From a virus (Duplodnaviria; Caudoviricetes), in IMG/VR virus record IMGVR_UViG_3300031998_000004: 64,000 nt of DNA. One strand, 5' to 3'. Under the pieces are notes generated by a model. It did not search any database and was not told the DNA's origin. It saw only the letters and a list, made by a program, of their open reading frames with translations. Positions within the stretch are counted from its first letter, which is position 1. The number at the start of each line of letters is the position of its first letter. Both the position numbers and the translations under genes were made by a program. Below, piece after piece: positions 44,550 through 55,557 of the stretch.

Positions 44550-45946
44550 TATTCTTCTTTAAGTATTTTTGGTATTTGAGTTGCTGGTCGAGCAAGTGTT
44601 AACGTAAATGTCCATTGATTATTGGAAAACTTGTATGTCTCTCCAGTAATAAGGTATTGTCCCGATACTGATTTATCCAATTTAAAAGTTCCTGATGTCC
44701 CTGGTTCTCCTATTTGCTCTAGGGGTACTTCCGTTTCCGGATCATTAATCAAATCATTCTCTGCGAGATTATCCATTAAAAAACTTAATCTATCATCATT
44801 AATATAATATGAGACGTTCACCCGCATTCCGCGTTTTAATCCTAATAGTGGTTGTTGTAAATCCACTTCAATAAGATTACCCATTATTTTTGATTTAAAT
44901 GGTCTTATCAATTGCCCTGCTGCTATATAATCATAATCCCCATACACTTCTCCCAAATATTCATAATTATAATATGAGTCGTCATTTGGATTATCATTAT
45001 ATAAATAAACATTATTATATTCTCCTGTATTCATAGAATACGTTGAATAAACCATATCAGTTCCAGCAGAATTTACGCCCGGCGAATTTTTTATTCTCAG
45101 GTCCTTTATATATAACTGAGTGTTATCCAATCCATATAGATTTGATAGTTCGGCTTTAACTAAATGAGGTTCTATTTCAACCCCTTCAGTAATATCGGAT
45201 ATTTGTTCAGCAATCCATATCTTTGTTTTATCATCATCCAATTCATCAATAGAATTGTATCTTTCGTATACGTTTACTAAATTTAAGTAATTCCACGGAT
45301 CAATCCACCAGTCATATACAGTAGTATCATTTCCTGATTTTAATGTTTCGTCATTTAAGATAGATAAATATGATTTATAAGGACAATAAACATATCTATA
45401 GTCATCTCCATCTTCAATATTTGTCGCAAAGCCCAATTTAGATTCACTAGCTATCTTATCAAATAATTCATATAATGTTATTTCCCCAAAGGCTGCGAAT
45501 TGAGTAGATGTTAAAATAGGGGATTTATAACTGCCAAAAATACGAATTACTCCATTGGGCATAGTGTTAAAATTAACAATATAAAATGTAAGATTTATCT
45601 TCTTATATGCATCATCGAATGGTGGTAGAATTTGTATTCTTAATTCATTATTGTTTCCTGGAGTATCCAAACACCTAATAATACTATTTCTATCACGTAC
45701 AGTTAATGATACCGACGGAAGGTTTGATATATTCATTAATTCAAACGACAATATATCTTCAAATGCAACAACAGTATTATTAATACCAATAATGGGACAA
45801 TGAATACCATATATGGCCGTTTGTTGTAGAGCAACCATATTTTTCTGATATTCATCTCCCGATTCTTCTGGTGATGAATTAACCAATCTAATTATTACAT
45901 CGGATTGTTCTATTGAAGGATCATATTTTACTGTAATTAATTCCAT
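44549..45946 (-). CDS. Putative baseplate hub protein (gp27/phage late control D-like)
   Basis: WWIDPWNYL, G.RVNV, SGQYLITG..Y.F, TLTLAR C-terminal pattern. Confidence 0.5.
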   Translation of the reverse strand: MELITVKYDPSIEQSDVIIRLVNSSPEESGDEYQKNMVALQQTAIYGIHCPIIGINNTVVAFEDILSFELMNISNLPSVSLTVRDRNSIIRCLDTPGNNNELRIQILPPFDDAYKKINLTFYIVNFNTMPNGVIRIFGSYKSPILTSTQFAAFGEITLYELFDKIASESKLGFATNIEDGDDYRYVYCPYKSYLSILNDETLKSGNDTTVYDWWIDPWNYLNLVNVYERYNSIDELDDDKTKIWIAEQISDITEGVEIEPHLVKAELSNLYGLDNTQLYIKDLRIKNSPGVNSAGTDMVYSTYSMNTGEYNNVYLYNDNPNDDSYYNYEYLGEVYGDYDYIAAGQLIRPFKSKIMGNLIEVDLQQPLLGLKRGMRVNVSYYINDDRLSFLMDNLAENDLINDPETEVPLEQIGEPGTSGTFKLDKSVSGQYLITGETYKFSNNQWTFTLTLARPATQIPKILKEE

Positions 45947-45949
45947 ATA

Positions 45950-46399
45950 TTAATATACAACAATTCCTTTAGTGGCATCAATTTTAAATCTCTTATCGCC
46001 AATCACTGCGTCATTTGCTTGTCTACGATCGGTTTTTTGTTTTGGTTTTGGTGTTGTGCTTATTACATTCTCATTTTCAATATCATTTACATCAGGAGTA
46101 TGTGCAAAATTAGGAATATCAAGAGCCGATGGTACTATTAATGTCATTCCTACATTCAATTCAAATGGGTTAGATATTCCATTGAGTTTACATATTATAT
46201 CAGCAAACATTGAATCTCCATAAAGATCAAAAGATACAAGATCTGGACGAGCTATATACTTTTTATTTGTCACTTCAAATACACCATAATCAAACGTACT
46301 TGGTAATGAGTAGGTATTATCAAGTAAGTTCCATATATTATCATCTAAAAAATCCGAATGGATTTGTGTCTTATTAGCTAATATTGTAGATTGATACAT
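45950..46399 (-). CDS. Baseplate wedge protein, gp53/LysM-like
   Basis: RPDLVSFDLYG..ADIICKLNGISNPFEL..G..L.VP. Confidence 0.75.
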   Translation of the reverse strand: MYQSTILANKTQIHSDFLDDNIWNLLDNTYSLPSTFDYGVFEVTNKKYIARPDLVSFDLYGDSMFADIICKLNGISNPFELNVGMTLIVPSALDIPNFAHTPDVNDIENENVISTTPKPKQKTDRRQANDAVIGDKRFKIDATKGIVVY

Positions 46400-46487
46400 G
46401 AATAAATAATCAACATTCGTTTAAACTTGATCAAACAAAAAAGAGACATCCAAATGAATGTCTCTTTAAATTAACAGGAAGAACTTT

Positions 46488-47966
46488 TTACTTTATACTT
46501 CTCCATGCACGGAACTGTGCGCGGATTGCACGCTCGCGTTCGTCAGCAATCTGTTCAAGGCCTTCGTAGATGTTCTTCACCTGAGGAACTACATTGAAAT
46601 CGATTGACTCCCAGAATCTCTGAATAGCACCTTCGTTATTGAAGTTATAGAGTTTTGCGCGTCTGTTGATTGATTCCTTCATTTCATCACTTGCGGACTC
46701 ATAAAGAGGACGTACTGCCTCGGGCATCTCCTGGATGAACTTAGGAGCGTCTTCGTTAACTGACTTTGCTGATTTAAAGATAGGTTTGCTCACTTCAATT
46801 CCTTCAAGAAGTTTGAGTGTATCTTCAATTGAAGAAAGACTGTTCTTCTTGGACTCGGTAACTGCATTAGCGATCTGTTCCTCTACCTTAGGTGCATAGT
46901 GCTCATTGAGCCATGCCTGTGATGCAGGAGCGTACTCTTCAACGATCCAGCTCTGGATACCCTGAGCGAACTCTGTGGTTGCCCAACGCTCAACCTCACC
47001 ACCGAACTCTTCAACGACCCATGTCTGGATCTTAGGTGCGGCTTCGTTAAGGAGATAGTCTTTGAATGCATCCATTGCTTCATCAACCATTTCTCCCTTA
47101 TACTCAGGAGCAAACTCTTCGGTGACCCAACCAGCAATCTTAGGAGCGAACTCATTGACACACCAGTTCTGGATTCCTTCACATAATTGTTCTAAATCAA
47201 ATTTAGGAGCCTTCTCGAGGGCCTCGTTAAGTTTCTTATTTTCATCCTCGAGGGTCTGTACTCTTTCCTCGAGTTTTTCTAACTTTTCAAGTTTCTCGAG
47301 AATCTCATTCATTTCCATATTGTTTTCTTCGGGTTTATTTTCTATATTTGTTTCTTGTTCTTTTTCTGTTACGTAGAAGATGTTTGATTCGGGGATCTGT
47401 GTATAGACATCATCACCGACCTCAGCACGACCCTCAGCACTCATCTTGTTCTCAAAATCAACCATCTGACTCTCGTTAAGGTGAAGTCTTGCCTGAGAAA
47501 AACCAGGAGTCCCCACAAGGTCATATGTAGATATTCTTTCAAGAGTGACTGCACCAGTCTTAGGATCTACATTACCCATAGCGCGGCTAGAGATAAACAA
47601 TGGAAGTCCACCTTCAACGATTGACTGAGCAATCTTTCCCTTAGGAGTATTGAGAAGTGTGATTGTGCCACTCACTACACCATTCTCGTCAATATTAATA
47701 TCAGTAATTTTGTGTGAGATGTTTTCAAGTGTGATGTTCATATACTGAGGATGCTCGAGCTCGCCAGGGATTCCACCATCCTGTCTGATTCTCCCTTGCA
47801 TCTCTTCAACCATCTTCTTATAGTTAGAAGTCTCGTATACACGGGAATTATTATTGCGTACACCACAAACACCGAATGTACCACTCAATGTCATCAAACC
47901 ATTTTCTTTAGAAATGGTCATTGACTTGGCGTCATTTAAGGTTTCATAAATGTAACTTTGTTTCAT
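46488..47966 (-). CDS. Prohead protease (T4 gp21-like) fused to scaffold-like C-terminal region
   Basis: NNNSRVY, GELEHP, ISHKI, LLNTPKGKI, ISSRAMG, YDLVGTPGF; acidic coiled coil and repeats afterwards. Confidence 0.88.
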   Translation of the reverse strand: MKQSYIYETLNDAKSMTISKENGLMTLSGTFGVCGVRNNNSRVYETSNYKKMVEEMQGRIRQDGGIPGELEHPQYMNITLENISHKITDINIDENGVVSGTITLLNTPKGKIAQSIVEGGLPLFISSRAMGNVDPKTGAVTLERISTYDLVGTPGFSQARLHLNESQMVDFENKMSAEGRAEVGDDVYTQIPESNIFYVTEKEQETNIENKPEENNMEMNEILEKLEKLEKLEERVQTLEDENKKLNEALEKAPKFDLEQLCEGIQNWCVNEFAPKIAGWVTEEFAPEYKGEMVDEAMDAFKDYLLNEAAPKIQTWVVEEFGGEVERWATTEFAQGIQSWIVEEYAPASQAWLNEHYAPKVEEQIANAVTESKKNSLSSIEDTLKLLEGIEVSKPIFKSAKSVNEDAPKFIQEMPEAVRPLYESASDEMKESINRRAKLYNFNNEGAIQRFWESIDFNVVPQVKNIYEGLEQIADERERAIRAQFRAWRSIK

Positions 47967-48032
47967 GTATAGTTTTACTTAATTTAATCCAATAATAACT
48001 TTTTAAAATTTTGTCCTTAAAAAAATCGCAGG

Positions 48033-49343
48033 TTATTCGAAAATTGTCTTCATATAACTAATTAAATCAACAAACGATTCGTTTTTTGGCGGTTCCCCAT
48101 TAATCCATTCTTTGGACCAGCTGCCATCTTTTGGTTTAACCTTATAATACTTGCCACCTCGGGGTCCCGTCATCTTTTTATATTGTTTACCGTCAGATCC
48201 TGTTTCTGTCTTAACAAGAAATGAATCTTCATCTTTACCAGCGGCTTTTGCTGCTTGTTTGAGTTTATCTTCTAGTTCCTTAATTTTATCTTTATCCTTT
48301 TCATCATCAAGTTCACCAATCTCATTTTGGATTTTTTCAATATCTTCGTTTGAAAGTTTATTTGTTTCAGTTTTTTCTTCTTTATTATCTTTTATAATTC
48401 TTTCAAGTTCATCATCTATTTCTTTAATTTTCTTATCATATTCTTCTTGAGATTGTTTCAATTGTTTGTCTTTTTCTTCTTCACCAATTTCTTTTTTACT
48501 AGCTTTATCATTTATTTCTTTATCGCGTTTTTCTTTTTCATTCAATGCATTTTCTTTATCTTCATTGGCTTTATCAGTCGCATTAGCAATGTTAACAATT
48601 TTTTTAATATCATTTACTATACTATCAGGGGCCCCTGATGCCTTATAAAAATTAACAATTGGTGAATCGTTTGGATTTTCTTTATGTGCTTTGGCTATAT
48701 CTTTGTGTATTTGAATGGCTGATTTTTTATTATCTTCTTTTTGTTTTTCAATTTCTTTTGAAGTGATTTTACTAAAATCCAATTGATCCTTAAAAGAACT
48801 GTTTTGTTCTTTTGAAAGATTTTTAGCGATTTTGTCAAAGTCATTTTTAAATATTTCGGATACGTCATTTCCGCCATTCATTTCTTCGGCAAATTTTTTC
48901 CTATCCTCTGGAGATCTTAAATTACCATTTTCGTCATATAAACAAGCATTTGTCTGATTTAATAACATTTTTGCATGATCAACCTCAGGGCCTTCTTTTC
49001 CTTCCATCATCTTCTTCATCAAAACCTGTGTTTTGACTATTTCATCTACTTGTTTGTCCTCCGATAGTTCACTAATCGGTTTAACTTCTTTAACTTCTTT
49101 TCCATCATCTTTTTTTGAACTTTTTGAACCACCAAATAAAGAAGCAGTATCCCCGAGATCATCTCTTTTATCACCAAGCTTGTCTTTTATATCATCATCC
49201 CATTCTTTTCTTTTGTTTTTACTAAACCAACCAAATAATCTAGCGATCCCGCTAAAAAGACCAACCGTTAAAATGGGTAATAAAAACATTTCATTGACTG
49301 TTGCTTGTTGATGTTGATCTATTAAGTATTCTTTAAGATCCAT
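48033..49343 (-). CDS. Lys/Glu/Asp-rich hypothetical protein
   Basis: MDLKEYL leader-like start, hydrophobic helix, GPRGGKYY motif. Confidence 0.6.
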   Translation of the reverse strand: MDLKEYLIDQHQQATVNEMFLLPILTVGLFSGIARLFGWFSKNKRKEWDDDIKDKLGDKRDDLGDTASLFGGSKSSKKDDGKEVKEVKPISELSEDKQVDEIVKTQVLMKKMMEGKEGPEVDHAKMLLNQTNACLYDENGNLRSPEDRKKFAEEMNGGNDVSEIFKNDFDKIAKNLSKEQNSSFKDQLDFSKITSKEIEKQKEDNKKSAIQIHKDIAKAHKENPNDSPIVNFYKASGAPDSIVNDIKKIVNIANATDKANEDKENALNEKEKRDKEINDKASKKEIGEEEKDKQLKQSQEEYDKKIKEIDDELERIIKDNKEEKTETNKLSNEDIEKIQNEIGELDDEKDKDKIKELEDKLKQAAKAAGKDEDSFLVKTETGSDGKQYKKMTGPRGGKYYKVKPKDGSWSKEWINGEPPKNESFVDLISYMKTIFE

Positions 49344-49353
49344 TTTTATATGA

Positions 49354-49914
49354 TTAATTTACTTGTAAAATCTTTTCTCTTAAAATATTATACACTTTAT
49401 TGGGTTCTTTAATATAAGAACTTAGTGTATTATAAGGAGTTAACTTATTAAAGGTTTTAATGTCTCCATCAAGTAGGGCCTGACGTACTCGAGTAGCAGA
49501 GATGTCTTCATTGGTTCTCTTAATTTCAATCATTTGGAAGTCATCTGAAAGGCCTGCTTCGTCTTTATATTTGGTAGACATTTTTGTATATGAGTCAATC
49601 CGATCGGTTCCACACGACCAGGACACTATCTCGTATTTATTCTCAAGAGCTTTTCCAATTTTAACAATATCCGCATTATCAACTATAACAATATCATTGA
49701 TATTCTTAAATGTAGATTTTAAGTCATTATATATAGGTGCAAGTACAGATGTGGGGAAAGGGTGTCTTTTATCAACTTTATTATCCGGGGTGTCAACGAG
49801 ACATATAACAGTACCCACACCAAGTTTCTTCCAAGCCTCGTCAATACACTTCATATGACCATCGGTCAATGGTTGGAACCTTCCTATTATGATATTCGTT
49901 CTGATTTTATCCAT
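49354..49914 (-). CDS. Cytidylyltransferase-like (HxGH) nucleotidyltransferase
   Basis: GRFQPLTDGH, GTDR, ISATRVR. Confidence 0.8.
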   Translation of the reverse strand: MDKIRTNIIIGRFQPLTDGHMKCIDEAWKKLGVGTVICLVDTPDNKVDKRHPFPTSVLAPIYNDLKSTFKNINDIVIVDNADIVKIGKALENKYEIVSWSCGTDRIDSYTKMSTKYKDEAGLSDDFQMIEIKRTNEDISATRVRQALLDGDIKTFNKLTPYNTLSSYIKEPNKVYNILREKILQVN

Positions 49915-49958
49915 GAATAAATAATAAGAATTGTTGTTATGTAAATTATTATTTATGT

Positions 49959-52250
49959 ATGGATAACTTTCAGTTAAATAACACTAGTGTATACCTTGGA
50001 GGACAGTGTAAGTGGGATATTGTTGTAAAAAAGGAAAATGGAAAGCTTGTTGTCGACGGGTTTCAACTTACTCCCGTATCGGATGCAGTTCCTTTTAATA
50101 AAAACAAAAACATCCAATTCCTCAATGAATATCACCAGGATTCGATTAAATATCTGTACAATGATATTAAAGAAAATTTCTGGGACGTAACACCTAGTCT
50201 CAATATATATAAAAGTAATGATGAAAGTGTCATAGTATCGCATGATCATTCATACGTTGCTGGTGTTAAACGATTAAAAACATATCAACTTTATAAAAAA
50301 CAATATAGTCTATTTCAACCATGTTGGTTGGAGTATATACCAGAAGATGCATATTTAAGATTTAATATATACGTTACGGATGAATCTGGTACACAGAAAT
50401 TTGGTGGAAATATATTAGATTTAAATCTTAAAAAAGACAATTCGTTTCATGATAGGTTTGTAAATTATTTTACAAACTGGCTCACATATCTTAATATAAT
50501 GCCAAATCCTGATAGATATCATAGTGATAACTATGAAAATCTTGGAAATGACAGGGTAATGTATGTTGATTTAAAAAACAAAGAAGCGTTTATAAACGGC
50601 GTGTCCGTCATATCAGGACAGCAGATAAATAATATAGTATGCAATCACGCTACATATAATCTGCTTATCAATGAACGCCCAAATATAGATTCGGATTCTA
50701 TATTAACAACATTATTCAAACTAAATAATATGGTGACAGCTCAGCTGTTTAATTTCAATATATGTTTTAATTTAGAAGATATACTATCTAATTACATTTT
50801 GAGAAAGTTGGTCGGTAAGAAAGTGAATGTTTATTGTGATGTGGGTGTGATTTATAAAAACAAAATGACAAACCTGGGGAGACGTACGCTGTTCACTAAT
50901 TATGAATATATTCCCAGAGAACAATTCAATCCATTTGTTTTTATCAATAAGTATAGTGAGTCCACAGCAACATCATATCATAGTGGGGTCGATATCGATA
51001 TAACAAACCAATATTCAGCAAACGTATTAGATTACTTAAAAGACTATTTAAACATCAATTTCAAGAACAAAAATAAAATTCCACAGTTCATAAATCACTG
51101 GGGATATCTTTCTCATACTAATACGACATTTAATCTATATGACGGATATCGATATTTATATAATGTATTTGACGATGATATAATATGTATTGATAATCCA
51201 ACCGATCGTACCATTACATATAAAGGAACAATCAAAGAGATTTCTGGGACAAACGGAATTGCTATACCGATTTTATATAAGTCATATAATAATACTGGTG
51301 GTGAATTGACATGGCTCGCTCCGGGTCATATATTAAGGATTGGAGATGATATAGGAATTAATGTACCTGGAAGAGATATTGATATTAAGAATATAATTAA
51401 CAGTCTTTATGAGACAGGTCCACAAGGATTCATAAACAAAAACCGTATAACAGAAAACAAATCTAAACAGATGTGGTTGAATGAAAGTATTCAATCAAAC
51501 TCATATGATATTGGGTTAACATGTATTTATGTGAAAACCAATAATTTATCCGGAGTAATGCCGGAAAATTATACGAAACTATTTGAATCCAATAATGTTT
51601 ATATATCAATCGACGATAATAATTACGTATTATTCACTAACGATTTCGATGTATTGATATTGGACAAGATGATAGATGTTGTCCAACAATCGGGTATTTC
51701 TGATTTATATACATTACTTTCTAATATAAAAGAATATATAACAAAAGGAAACGAAGGAATTTTTTATAGATTCTATAAAGAAATTGGAATAGGATATGAT
51801 GGTGAAGGAAATGAGGTTTATTACAAAACAGATACTCATTTGAATAACATTTACAGAACTGACGGCAAATTATCTCCTTCGATGATTGAAGATGATAATA
51901 AAGACGTAAATTTTGAATATGTGTTGGATATTAAAACCGATAACATAATCAATCTCGATACTGTTTACAATCAATTAAATATTCCCGAAATATCCACTAT
52001 TAAAGATAATTGGATTTTGAATTTATTCAGCTCGATTGAGTTCGTCGTAGAGAAGTCTATTGATGATCCTACTCCCTTAAAAACATATATTAGAGAATAT
52101 ATAAATGGGATATACTCATGTAATAACGATCAAATACTAATTGATTATATATATAAATTGTATAGTTCTTCGTTTGATTCGGAATACATATACGACGACG
52201 AAACACTAAATCATAAAATGAATTATAAAATAAAACTTACATTAAGATAA
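49959..52250 (+). CDS. Large hypothetical, probably virion protein
   Basis: 763 aa, upstream TATTATTT, precedes fibre gene. Confidence 0.55.
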   Translation: MDNFQLNNTSVYLGGQCKWDIVVKKENGKLVVDGFQLTPVSDAVPFNKNKNIQFLNEYHQDSIKYLYNDIKENFWDVTPSLNIYKSNDESVIVSHDHSYVAGVKRLKTYQLYKKQYSLFQPCWLEYIPEDAYLRFNIYVTDESGTQKFGGNILDLNLKKDNSFHDRFVNYFTNWLTYLNIMPNPDRYHSDNYENLGNDRVMYVDLKNKEAFINGVSVISGQQINNIVCNHATYNLLINERPNIDSDSILTTLFKLNNMVTAQLFNFNICFNLEDILSNYILRKLVGKKVNVYCDVGVIYKNKMTNLGRRTLFTNYEYIPREQFNPFVFINKYSESTATSYHSGVDIDITNQYSANVLDYLKDYLNINFKNKNKIPQFINHWGYLSHTNTTFNLYDGYRYLYNVFDDDIICIDNPTDRTITYKGTIKEISGTNGIAIPILYKSYNNTGGELTWLAPGHILRIGDDIGINVPGRDIDIKNIINSLYETGPQGFINKNRITENKSKQMWLNESIQSNSYDIGLTCIYVKTNNLSGVMPENYTKLFESNNVYISIDDNNYVLFTNDFDVLILDKMIDVVQQSGISDLYTLLSNIKEYITKGNEGIFYRFYKEIGIGYDGEGNEVYYKTDTHLNNIYRTDGKLSPSMIEDDNKDVNFEYVLDIKTDNIINLDTVYNQLNIPEISTIKDNWILNLFSSIEFVVEKSIDDPTPLKTYIREYINGIYSCNNDQILIDYIYKLYSSSFDSEYIYDDETLNHKMNYKIKLTLR

Positions 52251-52251
52251 G

Positions 52252-55200
52252 ATGAGTGAAACCCTTCTAAAAAGAATCACAACTCCTGCATTAGGCCCTT
52301 CCTTTGGTCATGATGTAAATGAGTCATTTAAAAACATCGATGATAACTTTGGTACGTTATCCAATCATGAATTATATCGCGGACAACCTGGTGAGTCGTT
52401 GATTTCATTAAATGTTCCTTTTTCCGAATTATTAGACGATGATTCTACATTTAATTGGCCCGAAAGTGGACAAATAACATATGTTATTGCTGGTCAGAAG
52501 ACAAATTTCATCAATATGTTTAAAGATGTAAAAGAGTCTTTGGGAGGAACGGTCGTTGACGCTAATTCTGATGTAGATATATTAAGGTCAATAGATAAAC
52601 TAAAAAATTCTGATGGAACCGTATTGATATGCTTCAACGAGCCGGAAGATATCAATAACCCAGTTGATATAGTATCAATCATACCTTATGTATTTGTTGA
52701 TGATACTTTTTGGACTACAGAATTTTCCGATAGTGGCGTATATGATTTATCAGGGACAATAACATATAATATCGAATTAACTAATCCATGGAAATGTACA
52801 CAAAATTTTCCTACATTATATTATGATGCTGAAGAAGAAAAGTTATGTTGGATTATTAATGGAACTCAAACTCATATCCCTGCAAGCGGCCCTCAGGGAA
52901 TAACTGGCAAATCGGGAATGACTTACGTCGCTCTTACTGATACTCCTCCAACCGATTGGCCAACGGGCGGAAGCAATACAACGTTAAATATATCTTATCT
53001 ATTAGATTGGAATCCGATGAGGCAAATTCCTTGGATAGCGGTATCTGATTTAACTCTAGATCAAATCCCGGATGATGGCTCTCCTGTTATAGTAATTCCA
53101 AATATTGATCCTAGTTGGCAATACACTCAAGATTATACCGAAGATGTAGTAAAACACGTATATTTCATTTCTTCTATAATTAATGAAAACGGCACACTAT
53201 ATGCTCTTGTTGATGAGAAGTGTATAATCTATGCAAAAATGAATGACACTACCTTATGGGATTCAATGCATCATATCAAAGAAGTTGATTTAGATGTAAC
53301 ACCACAAAATGATCCTCAATCTCCTTTGAGTGGATATATTATTAAAGATGCTACAGAAGGAAATACCGGATATGTGTTACACGCAACCAAAGAAGTACAG
53401 TCATCATATGTCATCAAAAAAGTAATACTTGATAGGGTTAATAATCTCGATGGCGATCCAAATAGTCCGTTAAACCTAGATAATACCCAATATCGTCTTA
53501 AAATATCAGGAAATAATTCTGTTGAGATTGGAGACCAGACAACCGCTTCAGGTGCTCATTCACACGCTGAAGGTAGACAAACAATTGCTTCAGGTGCTCA
53601 TTCACACGCAGAGGGGTATGGAACAATAGCATCTACGACGGGATCCCACGCTGAAGGCACCGGTACACAGGCAAATAATACATATTCTCACGCAGAAGGA
53701 CAAATGACCAGGGCTTTAGGAGATGCATCCCATGCGGAGGGATTTGATACAGAAGCAAATAAAAGCTATGCCCATGCTGAAGGTAATGGTACAACGGCAT
53801 CAGGAAATGCATCTCATGCGGAGGGAAATGATGGTACAATGGCATCAGGAAATGCATCCCATGCTGAAGGTACGAGCACAATAGCGAGGGGGGATGCATC
53901 CCATACGGAAGGAAATGAAACAGAAACCGGTATAAATGCTGCTGAAGCTCATGCTGAAGGAAATAGTACTCATGCCAATGGAAGAGGTTCTCATGCTGAG
54001 GGAAGTAGTACTTATGCAGAAGGAAATTATTCTCATGCTGAAGGTGTAGGTTCAGAAGCTAAGGATATTGGTGCACATGCTGCAGGTTATAACACTGAAG
54101 CAAAAGGACGATATTCTCACACAGAAGGCAGTATTACAAAAGCCATGGGATATGCATCTCATGCAGAAGGTGATGGTACAATGGCATCAGGAAATGCTTC
54201 ACATGCAGAAGGTGCTGATACAATTACAAATGAAAATTATTCTCACGCAGAGGGAAATAATACGATAGCTGTAGGAGAAGCATCTCATACAGAAGGAAAA
54301 TTTACAATCGCAGGTGCAACGGTCTTGGATTATGATGATTATACTAAAGGATGTAAAACTTTTTATGATTCCTCTATTTCAAATACAACACCTACATTAA
54401 CAAGCGTATCACTTTTCGAATTTACTTTTTGTATTGAAATTCCAGAACCAGTAAATTCAGCAAGTGATATACTCATACCAGAAAATGATTGTACAGCAAT
54501 AAGACTTTCCAGAACAATTTTTACTAATCAATGGTGGGATTGTAGCGACATATCAGTGATTTCCGTAGGATCCTATAATGGAAATTATTATGCAAAAATA
54601 AAACTAACCTCAAGTGACTCAAATCTTTATACAAAATGGCAATCTGCAATAAATAATATACTCCATCCAGGAACTGTTGGTTTTGGATATTATATATGTT
54701 TTCCGAGTATTACTATAAACGAAACTATATATTCTGGTGGCCCCCAATATATGACTTTTAATAATTCAAATTATACTCATACAGAAGGAATATATACCTG
54801 CTCGGATGGTATAGGAGCTCATGCTGAAGGATTTGGAAATATATCGGATCCGATAATAGCAATTGGAAACGGGGCACATGTCGAAGGTGTTGGTACCAAA
54901 GCAATTGGTCAAGGAGCTCACGCCGAAGGATATCATACAGAAGCATATGGGGATGGAGCACACGCTAGTGGTTATTCTACAAAAACCTTAAATAATGGGG
55001 AAATTGCGTTGGGTCGATATAATGCTCCTGGTTATCTTAGTGTACATACTCCTTCCGGGGTATATTGCATTACAAAAACAGGATCAGATGATAAAAGAAT
55101 TATATTTAGTATAGGTTGCGGAAATTCGGCTAACGAAACCGGAACAGCGGGTACAACAGATCATAGAACCAATGCCATGTTTATAACAGCAGAAGGGACG

Positions 55201-55299
55201 ACATATGTTAAATTTACACCAGGAAATTATTCTTATTGGGACGGTGATAATAATCACTTACCTGATTTATATGGGGATATTTATTCAATTCATAATTAA
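52252..55299 (+). CDS. Tail fibre with YadA-head-like SHAEG repeats
   Basis: F.NIDDNF anchor, short GPQG collagen-like stretch, ~23 14-aa repeats, EIALGRYN..FSIG.G..R.NA module. Confidence 0.8.
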   Translation: MSETLLKRITTPALGPSFGHDVNESFKNIDDNFGTLSNHELYRGQPGESLISLNVPFSELLDDDSTFNWPESGQITYVIAGQKTNFINMFKDVKESLGGTVVDANSDVDILRSIDKLKNSDGTVLICFNEPEDINNPVDIVSIIPYVFVDDTFWTTEFSDSGVYDLSGTITYNIELTNPWKCTQNFPTLYYDAEEEKLCWIINGTQTHIPASGPQGITGKSGMTYVALTDTPPTDWPTGGSNTTLNISYLLDWNPMRQIPWIAVSDLTLDQIPDDGSPVIVIPNIDPSWQYTQDYTEDVVKHVYFISSIINENGTLYALVDEKCIIYAKMNDTTLWDSMHHIKEVDLDVTPQNDPQSPLSGYIIKDATEGNTGYVLHATKEVQSSYVIKKVILDRVNNLDGDPNSPLNLDNTQYRLKISGNNSVEIGDQTTASGAHSHAEGRQTIASGAHSHAEGYGTIASTTGSHAEGTGTQANNTYSHAEGQMTRALGDASHAEGFDTEANKSYAHAEGNGTTASGNASHAEGNDGTMASGNASHAEGTSTIARGDASHTEGNETETGINAAEAHAEGNSTHANGRGSHAEGSSTYAEGNYSHAEGVGSEAKDIGAHAAGYNTEAKGRYSHTEGSITKAMGYASHAEGDGTMASGNASHAEGADTITNENYSHAEGNNTIAVGEASHTEGKFTIAGATVLDYDDYTKGCKTFYDSSISNTTPTLTSVSLFEFTFCIEIPEPVNSASDILIPENDCTAIRLSRTIFTNQWWDCSDISVISVGSYNGNYYAKIKLTSSDSNLYTKWQSAINNILHPGTVGFGYYICFPSITINETIYSGGPQYMTFNNSNYTHTEGIYTCSDGIGAHAEGFGNISDPIIAIGNGAHVEGVGTKAIGQGAHAEGYHTEAYGDGAHASGYSTKTLNNGEIALGRYNAPGYLSVHTPSGVYCITKTGSDDKRIIFSIGCGNSANETGTAGTTDHRTNAMFITAEGTTYVKFTPGNYSYWDGDNNHLPDLYGDIYSIHN
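53535..54975 (+). repeat. 42-nt-period coding repeats (TxAxGxxSHAEG), 18+5 units
   Basis: Visible in translation; near-identical DNA units, e.g. GCTTCAGGTGCTCATTCACACGC twice. Confidence 0.85.
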
Positions 55300-55313
55300 A
55301 AAAAAAGGAAGAC

Positions 55314-55538
55314 CTACTCGTCTTCCTTTTCTTCTTTTTCATACAACCACCTACTCTCCTTATATATATCCCCACACGTATTCACAAACGAAGGGTCTAC
55401 GTAGGTATGTGTAACCATCAGTCCACGGAGGGCTTGTAGGATGTCGTTTACATCATGATCTGTATATGGGCTCTCCCATACAGCCTTCTCACCATCGATC
55501 TCGAGAGCGAGTCTTGTTCCCTTAAATTCTTTTTCCAT
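55314..55538 (-). CDS. Hypothetical protein
   Basis: 74-aa ORF ending in a bidirectional terminator hairpin. Confidence 0.55.
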   Translation of the reverse strand: MEKEFKGTRLALEIDGEKAVWESPYTDHDVNDILQALRGLMVTHTYVDPSFVNTCGDIYKESRWLYEKEEKEDE

Positions 55539-55557
55539 GATTTAATATATTTATAAC

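Noticed and set aside
49354-49914. NAD-reconstitution anti-defence pathway
   Set aside because: Only a generic HxGH nucleotidyltransferase is present; no partner PRPP-synthetase-like or Nampt-like gene in the window
52252-55299. Second DGR target
   Set aside because: No TR-like sequence seen at this or any other gene end in the window; remote targets outside the window remain possible
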